A DNA stretch of 64,000 nucleotides from an uncultured Candidatus Rokubacteria bacterium (GTDB lineage Bacteria > Methylomirabilota > Methylomirabilia > Rokubacteriales > DASRDR01): the NCBI GenBank assembly GCA_963826115.1, contig CAWGVS010000004.1, positions 96,001 to 160,000 on the forward strand. Direction: 5' to 3'. This document shows positions 30,073 through 39,209 of this stretch, piece after piece. How positions within the stretch are numbered: position 1 is the stretch's first letter; each line of letters starts with the position of its first letter. Below the pieces are notes generated by a model. That model was not told the origin of the DNA, searched no databases, and saw only the letters and a program-made list of their open reading frames with translations. Both the position numbers and the translations under genes were made by a program.

Positions 30073-32532
30073 CTAGCGCGGCGTGACCGTCACGCGATCG
30101 AAGAACACGCCCACGTCCCCCAGAAAGGCCACGGGGAACTCGAGGACCCGGGCCCGCTCGAGCGCGAAGTCGAGCGTCACCTCCCGGTAGTCTCCGGACG
30201 GGACCTCGGCCGCGTCGATCACCCGCGAAGCCAGCGTCCGCCCCGCCGGCTCGGTGACCGCGAGCCGCGCGAGCGGGCCGTGCCCGGTGGCCGCCGCGCG
30301 CAGCCGGACCGCGAGCCGGTACGCCCCGGGCGGGAACTCGCGCGCCGGCCCGCTCACCAGCTCGCCGCGGAGGCTCTCGGCCGGGTCCGCGTAGGCGGCC
30401 CAGCCGCCGGAGGCCGCAGGATCCGCGCGCTCCCCGAGGCGGTGCGGCAGCGCTTCCACCTCGTATGCGCGCTCGAGTGCCGGGCGGTCGGCGGCCACGA
30501 CGAGCACCCAGTCCACCGCCGCCTCGCGCCGGCCGTCCCACAGCACGCGGAGCTCCAGCGGGCGGGCGTGGTCGACGACGAACGGCAGATCCACTTCGGT
30601 CCACGCCGGCCCAGGGTCGGCCGGGCGCTCGGCCAGGATCCGCCGGCCGAAGTCGCTCGCGACGTCGAGCCGGAGCCCGTTGCCGCGGACCCGGAAGCGC
30701 GCGACGTAGGCCCCCGCCGGGAGAGGCCGGTAGGGCCCGAACGTCAGGAAGCCGGCCGGCGCGCCCGGCTGGCCGACCACGACGCGGCCCCCCGACGCCT
30801 CCGGCAGGCCGGCCACGGCGCCCGTCGCGTGGTTCTGCGTCTCGGCCTCGTAGAACACGCCGACCGGCGACGTCTGGCGGTTCACGACGGGCGCGCGCTC
30901 GGTGACGCGGTAGAGCGCCAGCGGCCCGGCGACCTGCACGGGCGCGAGCACGCCCGAGGCGCCCAGACGTTCCGTCGTGAAGGCCGACGGATAGGGAGAG
31001 ACCTGGGGCGGGAACCCGCCGCGGTCCACGACTACGTGCGTGATCCGGAGGCGCCGGAGCGCCTCGGCCTCGCCGGGTCCGAGGTCCCCGACGTTGAGGG
31101 CCGAGAGCGGCTCGTAGACCTCGTCCACGTACCGGCGCGGCACGAGGGGCGAGTAGCCGTTGACCGTGGGGATCCGGGTGCGCGTCACCGCGTAGAGGTA
31201 GAGGCCCGAGACGGCGCTGTCGCCCGGCCAGATCGGCACGTACAGCACGCGCTCGGCCTCACGGCGTAGGGTCTCGAACACCGGGCTGTCGTCGAACCGC
31301 GCGACGGCGATGCCGTGCCACGGCGGGGTCGCCGCGAGGACGAGGGCCAGGAGCCCCCCGGTCGTGACGAGCCACGGGATCCGCGATCCCCGGCCCAGGG
31401 TTGCCAGGGCCGCGCGGGCGCCCAGCGCCGCCAGCACGAGGACGGCGACGCTCGTCACCAGCTGGAGCTTCTCCGGGTTCCGGATCATCGCGAAGAACGG
31501 GACGACGCGGTGGAGCGCCTGGTAGAGGGGCACGCGCGGGATCGTCGGGCCGAGGCTCAAGAGGAGCCCGAGGCCGAAGGCCGCGCCGTACACGAGCCGG
31601 AGCCCGCGGTCTCCCGCGCGTCCCCGCGCGGCGGCGCCGACCGCCGCCAGCGCCACGAGCGCGAGGCCGCCATATCGCGCCGGCTCCGCGAGGCCCCGGA
31701 GACCGGGGGAGAACAGTCGCACCTCGTCGAGGCGCCGTCCCGCCTCGGCGATCGAGCCGGCGACGAAGGCCTGGCGCAGCATGAGGACCCAGCCCCCCGC
31801 GGCGCCCGCCAGGACGGCGAAGGCCAGGAGGGGCGCGGGCCGGAGCGCGCGGACGGACCCCAGCGCGACGAGGCAGACGCCCGCGTGGACGAGGGCCAGC
31901 CCGCCCGCGAGGTACGTGTACTGCGGCTCCAGCATGGCGAGGGCGAGGAGCGCGGCGCCGCCGCCGATCCCGCCGCCGAGCCGGCCGTCGCGGAGCGCCA
32001 CGTCGAGACCCCAGAGCATTGCCGGCACGAGCGCCATCGCGAAGCCCGCCGGGTGACCGCCGAAGAGCGGGCCCGTGCGTGCCGGCAGGAGCGCGAAGCC
32101 GATGCCGGCGATGACCGCGGCCGCGGGATCCCCGGTGAGGCGGCGGGTCAGGCCGAACGCCGCCAGGGCCGCCGCGGGAAACGAGAGCAGGACGAGCAGG
32201 TTGTACGCGGCGTGGTGGCCGAATCCCGAGAGGAGAGTGAAGGGCACCGACAGCGGCAGGAAGGCCTGGGGCAGGTTCCATCGCGGGCCGTTCACGCGGA
32301 ACTGGTAGGGATCGGTGAAGAGCGGCGTCGGCCCGAGGAGCCCGTCGCGGAAGAGCCAGAGCTGGTAGTAGAGCTGCAGCGTGTCGGCCGGCACGCGCGT
32401 GAGGACCGCCAGCTCCGTGAGCTGGCGGGCGCCGACCGGAAGGCCGCGCGTCAGCTCGGCGGGCAGCGGGCGCGAGACGACCAGCGCGGCGCCGAGCGCC
32501 ACGACCGCGACCGTGAGGGCCGGCCACCTCAC
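30073..32532 (-). CDS. GT-C-fold glycosyltransferase with two tandem CBM-like beta-sandwich modules
   Basis: From GTG 32532 (overlaps upstream TGA): ADTLQLYY.LWL, DPYQF.VNG, AYN, GGHPAG, LSLGP, IRNP.K, WPGDSA.SG.Y, NGYS. Two E(A/V)E...ASGG...GP....PG.Y...R modules. Confidence 0.82.
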   Translation of the reverse strand: MRWPALTVAVVALGAALVVSRPLPAELTRGLPVGARQLTELAVLTRVPADTLQLYYQLWLFRDGLLGPTPLFTDPYQFRVNGPRWNLPQAFLPLSVPFTLLSGFGHHAAYNLLVLLSFPAAALAAFGLTRRLTGDPAAAVIAGIGFALLPARTGPLFGGHPAGFAMALVPAMLWGLDVALRDGRLGGGIGGGAALLALAMLEPQYTYLAGGLALVHAGVCLVALGSVRALRPAPLLAFAVLAGAAGGWVLMLRQAFVAGSIAEAGRRLDEVRLFSPGLRGLAEPARYGGLALVALAAVGAAARGRAGDRGLRLVYGAAFGLGLLLSLGPTIPRVPLYQALHRVVPFFAMIRNPEKLQLVTSVAVLVLAALGARAALATLGRGSRIPWLVTTGGLLALVLAATPPWHGIAVARFDDSPVFETLRREAERVLYVPIWPGDSAVSGLYLYAVTRTRIPTVNGYSPLVPRRYVDEVYEPLSALNVGDLGPGEAEALRRLRITHVVVDRGGFPPQVSPYPSAFTTERLGASGVLAPVQVAGPLALYRVTERAPVVNRQTSPVGVFYEAETQNHATGAVAGLPEASGGRVVVGQPGAPAGFLTFGPYRPLPAGAYVARFRVRGNGLRLDVASDFGRRILAERPADPGPAWTEVDLPFVVDHARPLELRVLWDGRREAAVDWVLVVAADRPALERAYEVEALPHRLGERADPAASGGWAAYADPAESLRGELVSGPAREFPPGAYRLAVRLRAAATGHGPLARLAVTEPAGRTLASRVIDAAEVPSGDYREVTLDFALERARVLEFPVAFLGDVGVFFDRVTVTPR

Positions 32533-35471
32533 GCGGGGCCCTCCAGGCGCTCGATGCGGAGTCGATCGAACCACACGCCGACGCCGCCGCGGTAGGCGCA
32601 GGGGAACTCGAGGACCGCGGCGCGCTCCACGGTGAAGGGGATGGCGAGCTCCACGTACCGATCGGGCTCAGGGATCTCGGCGCCCAAGAGCTCCCGCCCC
32701 GCGAGCTCCCCGCCGCGCGAGGCGAGCTCCGCGCCGCAGCGCGCGACGGCGCCGGGGAAGCGCTGGTCGAGCTTGAGCCGGATCCAGAGCCGGTAGTGGC
32801 CGGCCGGATAGCGTCGGAGCGGGCCGGTCCAGACGATGTCGCGGACGGTGCGTTCCGGCGCCGCGTGGCCCGCGATGCCGCCCGAGGCATGGGGATCGAA
32901 GCGCTCCTGGAGCTCGTGGCCGAGCACCTCCACCTCGAAGACCGAGGCGGGATCCACCTCGGCCGCGAAGGCCACCGACACCGCATCGACGGCGACCCAG
33001 CCCAGACCGTCCCAGCCCGCGCGGTACTCGACGGTGGTGGGCGCCGGCACCGTGAACGGCACTGGCACCTCGGCGAACGCGCCGTCGGCCAGGTGGATCC
33101 CGGCGTGACCGAGGACCTCGCGGCCGCCTCGCGACGTGACCTGGAGCTCCACCCGGGTGCCGGCGCCCTTCAGGCGGAAGCGCGCGCGGTAGTCCCCGGG
33201 CGGGAGCAGCCGATACGGGCCGGACATGACGAATCCCGGGCGGTCCACGCCGCTTCGCGCCAGGGTCACGCGCCCGTTCGAGGCGTCGGGATCCTCGGTG
33301 ACGCGGCCACTGTCCCGCCCCAGGGACTCCGCCTCCCAGAAGATGCCGAGCGGGCTCGTGAGCGGCGGCCCGGGCGGCACCGACCGCGGCGTCTCCCGGA
33401 CGCGGAAGACGTGGAGCGCCCAGTCGCCCGCCGGAGTCTCGACGGGATCGAGGAAGGGCGAGGTCCGGAGGTAGGCCAGCGTGAGCGCCGGCCCGAAGGC
33501 GCTCACCTTCAGCGGGAACGCGTCCCGGTGGAGGATCACCTGGCTGACGCCGAGCCGCTGAAGCGTCGCGGCTTCGCTCTCGCCGACCACGCCGAGGTTC
33601 ACGGCCTCCAGCGGGCGATAGACGTCGGTCAGGTACGACCGGTCGAGCCAGGCCGAGTAGCCGTTCAGCATCGGCACGCGCGTCAGCGTGGTCGCGTAGA
33701 GGTAGAGCCCGGAGTAGGCGCTGTCGCCGGGCCAGAGCGGGATCCACACGGCGCGTGGCCCCTGCGCGCGGATGGTCTCGAACTCCGGGCCCCCCGAGGG
33801 CAAGCCGCTGATGCCCGTGGCCCGCCACGGATGATAGTCGACCGCGACCAGGAGTCCGAGGACGAGCGCCGCGAGCGCGCGCCCCCGCCGCCACCGCGCG
33901 GTCAGCCAGTCCGTCCCGACCGCGCCCAGGACGGCGAGGCCGAGGGCCGCGATGACCTGCGCCTTCGCGGGCTGACGGATGAAGTTCCACGACGGCACGA
34001 GCCGGAACGCGACCTCGAACAGGGGGAACGCCTCGAGCCGGGGGCCGAGGGACACGATGATCCCCGTCGCGAGCATGGGCGCGAAGAGCCACAGCATCCG
34101 GCGGAGGCCCGTGGGCCGCTGGCGCGCCAGCGCGACGACGGCCACGACGGCGAGGGCGAGCGCCACGACGCCCGGGTACACGGTGCGCCCGGACGCCAGA
34201 TTGACGCGCGTGAAGAAGTCGTCCGGCGTCGGCGAGAAGAGGAGGACCTCGTGGAGCGTCCGGCCGGCCCCTGACACCGAGCGGCGGAGGAGCAGCCGCT
34301 GGAGGAGGAGCAGGAAGCCGCCGGCCGCCAGTCCGCCGGCGACGGCGAACGCCACCGGGACCACCGGCAGCCGCGGCGTCCACCAGCGTCGCCACGCGGC
34401 GGCGAGCCATGCGGCGTGAATGGCGATCGGCAGCGCGAGGGCGAGCGCCACCACCCGGCCGCGTCCCGTCGCCGCCAGCGCGGCGAGGAGCCACGGGAGG
34501 CACGCCGCGAGGCTTCGCCGCGCCGCGGCGCGCGGCTCCGTCATCACGCCGGCCGCGAGGAGCCAGGCCGCGAGCGCCTGCCAGATCGCGAGCCCGAGGA
34601 GCGCGACCACTGCGCCGATCGCGAGGCGCACGGGCAGCGGGTCCTGCCAGCCCTGCCGTGCGAGCGCGCCGAGCGCCCCGTACCCGAGCGCGACGCCCAC
34701 CGCGCCCGCCCCCGCTGCCGCGTCCCAGCCGACGGCGAGGAGCCCCGGACGCCACGCGGGGATGCCCACGCGCGCGAGCGCGTAGAGCGGGAGCCCGAGC
34801 GCGGCGAAGTAGGCGAAGTGCGGCTCCATCAGCGCGAGGCCGAGGAGCGCCCCGCCCGCCACGAGCCCGCTCCGGACGGATCCGGCGAGCGCGCCCTCGA
34901 CGCCCCACAGCACGAGGGGCACGAGCGGGTACGCCAGCCCCGCGGGATGCCCGCCGAGGAGCGCCCCGACCCGGTACGGCGCGCACGCGAACACGACCCC
35001 CGCCACGAACGCGCCCGCCCGCGAGACGCCGTATCGCCGGGCGAGGAGCGCGGCCGCCACGCCGGCGAACGGGAAGGACAGGAGGACGAGCGCGTTGTAG
35101 GCGAAGCGGTGGCCGAGCGCCGAGAGCGGGACGAAGAGGAAGGCCGCGGGCAGGAAGATGTTCGGGAGATTGGGCCGCGCGCCGTTGACCGCGAACTGGT
35201 AGGGGTCCTTCAGGAAGGAGGCGCCCGAGAAGAGCCGCTCCTCGACGAGCCAGAGGTAGTAGTAGAACTGCAGGTAGTCGCCCTGGACGCCGTACGCGAG
35301 CTCGCGGCCCGGGCTCGCGACCGCAGCGTACGGCAACGCGTCGTGGAGGTGTCGGACGAGGGGCGCCGTGAAAAGGGCGCCCAGGAGGAGGTACAGGAGG
35401 AAGAAGCCGACCGCGGCGCCGCGCCCGAAGCGCAGGAGGCTATCGCCCCTCGAGGCAGGTCCGGTAGACAT
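32529..35471 (-). CDS. GT-C-fold glycosyltransferase with two CBM-like modules, paralog of 30073..32532
   Basis: QGDYLQFYYYLWL, DPYQF.VNG, GGHPAG, VSLGP, IRQP.K, WPGDSAYSGLY, NGYS; same duplicated C-terminal module. Confidence 0.85.
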   Translation of the reverse strand: MSTGPASRGDSLLRFGRGAAVGFFLLYLLLGALFTAPLVRHLHDALPYAAVASPGRELAYGVQGDYLQFYYYLWLVEERLFSGASFLKDPYQFAVNGARPNLPNIFLPAAFLFVPLSALGHRFAYNALVLLSFPFAGVAAALLARRYGVSRAGAFVAGVVFACAPYRVGALLGGHPAGLAYPLVPLVLWGVEGALAGSVRSGLVAGGALLGLALMEPHFAYFAALGLPLYALARVGIPAWRPGLLAVGWDAAAGAGAVGVALGYGALGALARQGWQDPLPVRLAIGAVVALLGLAIWQALAAWLLAAGVMTEPRAAARRSLAACLPWLLAALAATGRGRVVALALALPIAIHAAWLAAAWRRWWTPRLPVVPVAFAVAGGLAAGGFLLLLQRLLLRRSVSGAGRTLHEVLLFSPTPDDFFTRVNLASGRTVYPGVVALALAVVAVVALARQRPTGLRRMLWLFAPMLATGIIVSLGPRLEAFPLFEVAFRLVPSWNFIRQPAKAQVIAALGLAVLGAVGTDWLTARWRRGRALAALVLGLLVAVDYHPWRATGISGLPSGGPEFETIRAQGPRAVWIPLWPGDSAYSGLYLYATTLTRVPMLNGYSAWLDRSYLTDVYRPLEAVNLGVVGESEAATLQRLGVSQVILHRDAFPLKVSAFGPALTLAYLRTSPFLDPVETPAGDWALHVFRVRETPRSVPPGPPLTSPLGIFWEAESLGRDSGRVTEDPDASNGRVTLARSGVDRPGFVMSGPYRLLPPGDYRARFRLKGAGTRVELQVTSRGGREVLGHAGIHLADGAFAEVPVPFTVPAPTTVEYRAGWDGLGWVAVDAVSVAFAAEVDPASVFEVEVLGHELQERFDPHASGGIAGHAAPERTVRDIVWTGPLRRYPAGHYRLWIRLKLDQRFPGAVARCGAELASRGGELAGRELLGAEIPEPDRYVELAIPFTVERAAVLEFPCAYRGGVGVWFDRLRIERLEGPA

Positions 35472-36609
35472 CGACGAGCCGCCTGCCTAGCGCCGACCAC
35501 CCGAAGTGGGCGACGGCGCGCTCGCGGAGCGCCTGGCCTCGGAGCTTCTGCTCGTGCGGGTCCCGGAGCAGCCCGACGATGGCCCCCGCGAGGGCCGCGA
35601 CGTCCCGCATGGGCGCGAAGACGCCGGCTTCGCCGAGGAGCTCCCGTGAGACTGCGCCGTCGTAGGCCACCGACGGCAGCCCCATCGCCATGTAGTTGAG
35701 CAGCTTCCCGTTGGCCTCGGTACTGACGTGCTTGGCGCTCACCCCGACCTCACCGAGGGCGAGATAGCTCGGCGTCTCGCCGTAGTCGATGCGACCGGTC
35801 AGCGTGACCGAGCCGGGCGGCGTCAGCTCGGCGGCCCGGGCCCGGTAGCGCTCGACGTTGGGATGTCCCATCAGGAGCAGGTGCGCGTCGGGGACGGCGG
35901 CCACGACGGCGGGCCAGGCGGCGAGGAGATCGTCGATGCCCTGGTACTCGGTGAGGACGCCGAGGTAGACCACCACGCGCTTGCCGACGAGCCCGAGCCG
36001 CTCGCGAAGGTGGTCCGGCGCCGGCCCGGGGCGGAGGAACTCCGGGTCGATCCCGTCGGCAAGCAGCACGACCCGCTCCGGCGGGATCCGCCAGACGTCG
36101 AGGAGCTCCCGCTCGAAGTTGGCGGAGGAGGGGAGGAGCCGCGCCGGCCAGTGGAGCACCACCCGCTCGAAGCGCTTGAGGGCCGCCGGCAGCGGGCCGC
36201 CCGCCGGCAGGTGGCCGTGCGCGATCATCTCGCCCGCCACGCTGCCCTGGAGGTCGGCCACCGCCGGCCGGCCGACGAGCCGCCCGACGACCGCGGCGAT
36301 CGCCGCGCCCTCGTGGAGGTGCCCGTGCAGGACGTCCGGCCGGAAGCGCCGCGCCGCCCGGAGCGTGGTGCCGAGGAGCATCGTGTCCAGGTAGGGCCGG
36401 TGGGGCGAGAAGCCGACGGGCAAGGTCCGCACCCACGGGACGTGCGGCGTGCGCACCGTCTCGACCTCCGGGTGATCGCGCCCCACCGCGTAGGTCGTCA
36501 CCAGGGTCTCGACACCGAGGCCGCGGAGCGCCCGGACCTCCTCGAGGATCCGGATGTGACACCCGCGGTCCCCGAAGAACGGCGTCGGGGCGACCATCAG
36601 CACGCGCAT
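35440..36609 (-). CDS. GT4 (GT-B) glycosyltransferase
   Basis: From ATG 36609: MRVLMVAPTPFF.DRGCH.RI.EE, PDVLH.H, YLG.L..YQG.D.L, E.NGKLL.YMAMGLP.V. Confidence 0.9.
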   Translation of the reverse strand: MRVLMVAPTPFFGDRGCHIRILEEVRALRGLGVETLVTTYAVGRDHPEVETVRTPHVPWVRTLPVGFSPHRPYLDTMLLGTTLRAARRFRPDVLHGHLHEGAAIAAVVGRLVGRPAVADLQGSVAGEMIAHGHLPAGGPLPAALKRFERVVLHWPARLLPSSANFERELLDVWRIPPERVVLLADGIDPEFLRPGPAPDHLRERLGLVGKRVVVYLGVLTEYQGIDDLLAAWPAVVAAVPDAHLLLMGHPNVERYRARAAELTPPGSVTLTGRIDYGETPSYLALGEVGVSAKHVSTEANGKLLNYMAMGLPSVAYDGAVSRELLGEAGVFAPMRDVAALAGAIVGLLRDPHEQKLRGQALRERAVAHFGWSALGRRLVDVYRTCLEGR

Positions 36610-36618
36610 CGGCGCCTC

Positions 36619-36627
36619 ATTGTAGCA
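36619..36627 (-). promoter_or_regulatory. Extended -10 (TGcTACAAT), near-leaderless
   Basis: TGCTACAAT-N9-ATG(36609), preceded by a GC-rich hairpin just after the rmlD stop. Confidence 0.6.
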
Positions 36628-36665
36628 GAGGGCCTCGGCGCGCCCGGCGGGCCGGGCGGCGCCGG

Positions 36666-37547
36666 TCAGGCGGGCAGATGCCCCCTGGCGCGGAGGTAGG
36701 CGCGGAGGGCGTCGGCCCAGGGCGGCAGCGGCGGCAGCCCGAGCGCGGCGGCGCGCGCGTTCCGCAAGACCGAGTACGGCGGGCGCCGGGCCGGCGCGTC
36801 GTACGCGGCGCTCGTCGTCGGCGTGAGCCGGGGCGTCCGCCCGCAGAGCTCGAAGATCCGCCGTGCGAACTCGAACCACGAGCACTCGCCCGCGTTGGTG
36901 AGGTGGTAGACCCCGCCCGGCGGGTCCGCCGCCACGAGCCGGGCGATCGCCTGGGCGAGGTCCGCCGTGTGGGTCGGCGCGAGCACCTGATCGTCGACGA
37001 CCTGGAGGGGCTTGCCCTCGCCCGCCAGGCGCAGCATCGTCTCGACGAAATTCCCGCCCTTGCCCGCCGAGCCCGCCACGCCGTAGAGCCCCGACGACCG
37101 GACGATCACGTGCTCCGGGCCCGCGTTCTGGATGAGCCGCTCGCCGGCGAGCTTCGAGACGCCGTACACGCTGAGGGGAGCGGGCGGGGCATCCTCCGCG
37201 TACGGCCCCGGCGGGCCGCCGCCGAACACGTAGTCGGTGCTGAGGTGGAGGAGGCGCGCCCCCCGGCGGGCGCATGCGACGGCGAGCCCGCGCGCCGCGA
37301 CCGCATTCACGGCGAAGGCGAGCTGCGCCTCCCCGCGCTCGTCCTTCTCGATGTCGTCGACCCGGTGAAAGGCGGCGGTGCTGACCACCCACCGGGGCGC
37401 GTGGGCGGCGAGGATCCGGGCGACGGCGGCGGGATCGGTGACGTCGAGGTCGGCGCGCTTGAGCGGGATCAGCGACGCGGCGGGCAGGACCTTCAGGAGG
37501 TCGCTGCCGAGCTGACCGCCCGCTCCTACGAGGAGGATGGGGCCCAC
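36666..37547 (-). CDS. rmlD: dTDP-4-dehydrorhamnose reductase family protein
   Basis: GAGGQLG, TAA...VD, AFAVN, HLSTDYVF.G, P.PL.VYG.SKLAGE, NFV.TMLRL, VVDDQ...PT, G.YH.TN.G.CSW.EFA, A.RP.YS.L. Confidence 0.9.
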   Translation of the reverse strand: MGPILLVGAGGQLGSDLLKVLPAASLIPLKRADLDVTDPAAVARILAAHAPRWVVSTAAFHRVDDIEKDERGEAQLAFAVNAVAARGLAVACARRGARLLHLSTDYVFGGGPPGPYAEDAPPAPLSVYGVSKLAGERLIQNAGPEHVIVRSSGLYGVAGSAGKGGNFVETMLRLAGEGKPLQVVDDQVLAPTHTADLAQAIARLVAADPPGGVYHLTNAGECSWFEFARRIFELCGRTPRLTPTTSAAYDAPARRPPYSVLRNARAAALGLPPLPPWADALRAYLRARGHLPA

Positions 37548-37556
37548 GGCCCCATG

Positions 37557-38615
37557 CTACTGCCGGGTTGCGGGAGCGTCGAGCACCGAGCCGGGGATGC
37601 CGGCGGCCTTGCGGTCGTCCTCGAGTTGCTGGAGCCAGCGGATGTTGTAGTACCGCGGATTCTCGAAGTCGTTCCGGCCGTCGGCGCGGATTCGCTGCAT
37701 GATATCGACCACGGCCTCCTCGATGGAGACCTTCGGGCGGAAGTTGAGGACCCGCGCGATCTTCTCGCCCGACACCCGATAATTTCGGACGCTCCCGTGG
37801 TGGTAGTCGGGGCGCACGTCGACCTCTATCCCGAACCGCCGGAGCGACTCCCGGACGCGGAGGGCGAGCTCCGAGACGCGGAGATTCTGGTAACAGAGGT
37901 TGAAGATCTCCCCGCGCACCATGGCGTCGTCCGCCTCGACGAGAGCGATGTAGGCTAGCGCGGCGTCCCGGACGTCCACGAGGGGCCGCCACATCTCGCC
38001 GCCGTGATGAAGCGTCAGCCGGCCCTTGGTGAGGGCGTCCCGGACGAAGGTGTTGACCACCAGGTCGTAGCGCATCCGGGGCGAGTACCCGTAGACCGTG
38101 CCCTTCCGGAGCGCGACGGGGCAGAAGCTCCCATCGGCCATGGGCAGGATCTCGCGCTCGGCCTCGTACTTCGACCGGGAGTAGGGCGCCCGCGGGGCGA
38201 CCGGGGAGGTCTCGTCCTGGAGGACGTCCACCCGCTCGTCCACGATCCCGCAGTCGTAGATCGAGCAGGAGGAGGCGAGGACGTAGCGGCGGACGCCCCG
38301 GGCCTTGCAGAGCCGCGCGAGGGCCACCGTCGCCACGGTGTTCATCTCGTGGTTGGCGCGCGGGTTGTACTCCGCGGTCGGGTCGTTCGACAGCCCGCCC
38401 ACGTTGACGACGGCGTCGATGCCCTCGAGCACCTCGGGGCCGACGGCGCGCATGTCCGCCTCGACGACCTCGATGCGGTCGCGCACGGCGCGGAGGCCGG
38501 CGTCGCCGAAGAAGAGGCGGTCGAGCACGCGGACGGCATAGCCGCGCTGGACGAGCTCCTCGGTCAGGATCGAGCCGACGTAGCCCGCGCCGCCGACGAC
38601 CAGGACCCGCCGCAC
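37557..38615 (-). CDS. NAD-dependent sugar epimerase/dehydratase (extended SDR)
   Basis: VLVVGGAGYVG, SNDP, ASSCSIY, YSRSK, LRKGTVYG.SPRMR.DLVVN, WRP..DVRD. Confidence 0.9.
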   Translation of the reverse strand: MRRVLVVGGAGYVGSILTEELVQRGYAVRVLDRLFFGDAGLRAVRDRIEVVEADMRAVGPEVLEGIDAVVNVGGLSNDPTAEYNPRANHEMNTVATVALARLCKARGVRRYVLASSCSIYDCGIVDERVDVLQDETSPVAPRAPYSRSKYEAEREILPMADGSFCPVALRKGTVYGYSPRMRYDLVVNTFVRDALTKGRLTLHHGGEMWRPLVDVRDAALAYIALVEADDAMVRGEIFNLCYQNLRVSELALRVRESLRRFGIEVDVRPDYHHGSVRNYRVSGEKIARVLNFRPKVSIEEAVVDIMQRIRADGRNDFENPRYYNIRWLQQLEDDRKAAGIPGSVLDAPATRQ

Positions 38616-38616
38616 C

Positions 38617-39081
38617 CTAGCGCCCCTTCACCGTCCACACGTCGCCGAACGCGTCCGGGGGGATCCGCACCTCGTCGGGCTTCGCGTGGTTGTAGACGTG
38701 GCTCGCGGTGCTGACCATTTGGGTGTCGTCCTCGAGGGACATCCACCCGTGGTACACGCCGGGCGGGACCACGATCAGCCGGGGCTTCCGGGCGCTCGAG
38801 ATCACCGTCATGAGCTGCCCGAAGGTCCGGCTCTCCGGGCGGTCGTCCTTCAGCACGAACTTGGCGCTGCCGTGGCTGATGAAGAACCAGTCCCAGAGCT
38901 CCTCGTGCTTGTGGAAGGCCCGGACGGTGCCCCGCGCGGGATCCCCGACGAGGTACACCTGGCCGAACCGGTGGACCACCGCGTGGGGCTCGGTATCCCC
39001 GGCGTGCCGGGCGATCTCCGTGAGGTACCCCCGGTCGTCCTCGTGGGTGGTGAGCTCGACTACCTTCACGCCGTCGATCAT
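38617..39081 (-). CDS. RmlC-like cupin (NDP-4-keto-6-deoxysugar 3,5-epimerase family)
   Basis: From ATG 39081: MIDGV......H.DDRG, G.VRAFH.H, D.R..S.T.G, VPPGV.HG, DE.RI. Confidence 0.87.
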   Translation of the reverse strand: MIDGVKVVELTTHEDDRGYLTEIARHAGDTEPHAVVHRFGQVYLVGDPARGTVRAFHKHEELWDWFFISHGSAKFVLKDDRPESRTFGQLMTVISSARKPRLIVVPPGVYHGWMSLEDDTQMVSTASHVYNHAKPDEVRIPPDAFGDVWTVKGR

Positions 39082-39147
39082 CGTCCGTCCACTCCGTCCA
39101 TGACGCCGCCGACCGAGCCCAACTTGGTCCAGCAGCAAGATCGCCAG

Positions 39148-39153
39148 ATTATA
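39148..39153 (-). promoter_or_regulatory. -10 element (TATAAT) upstream of the RmlC-SDR-RmlD operon
   Basis: Perfect TATAAT in the intergenic region, with a GGAG SD before ATG 39081. Confidence 0.55.
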
Positions 39154-39209
39154 CGGACGGTTGCGAGGCACGTCGTGTCGGGATTTCCCCGACCGTACGG
39201 CGACGTGCC

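Noticed and set aside
36636-36665. GC-rich hairpins after stop codons (also near 7010-7065 and 40270-40296) as intrinsic terminators
   Set aside because: No U-tract, and such hairpins arise easily at this GC content.
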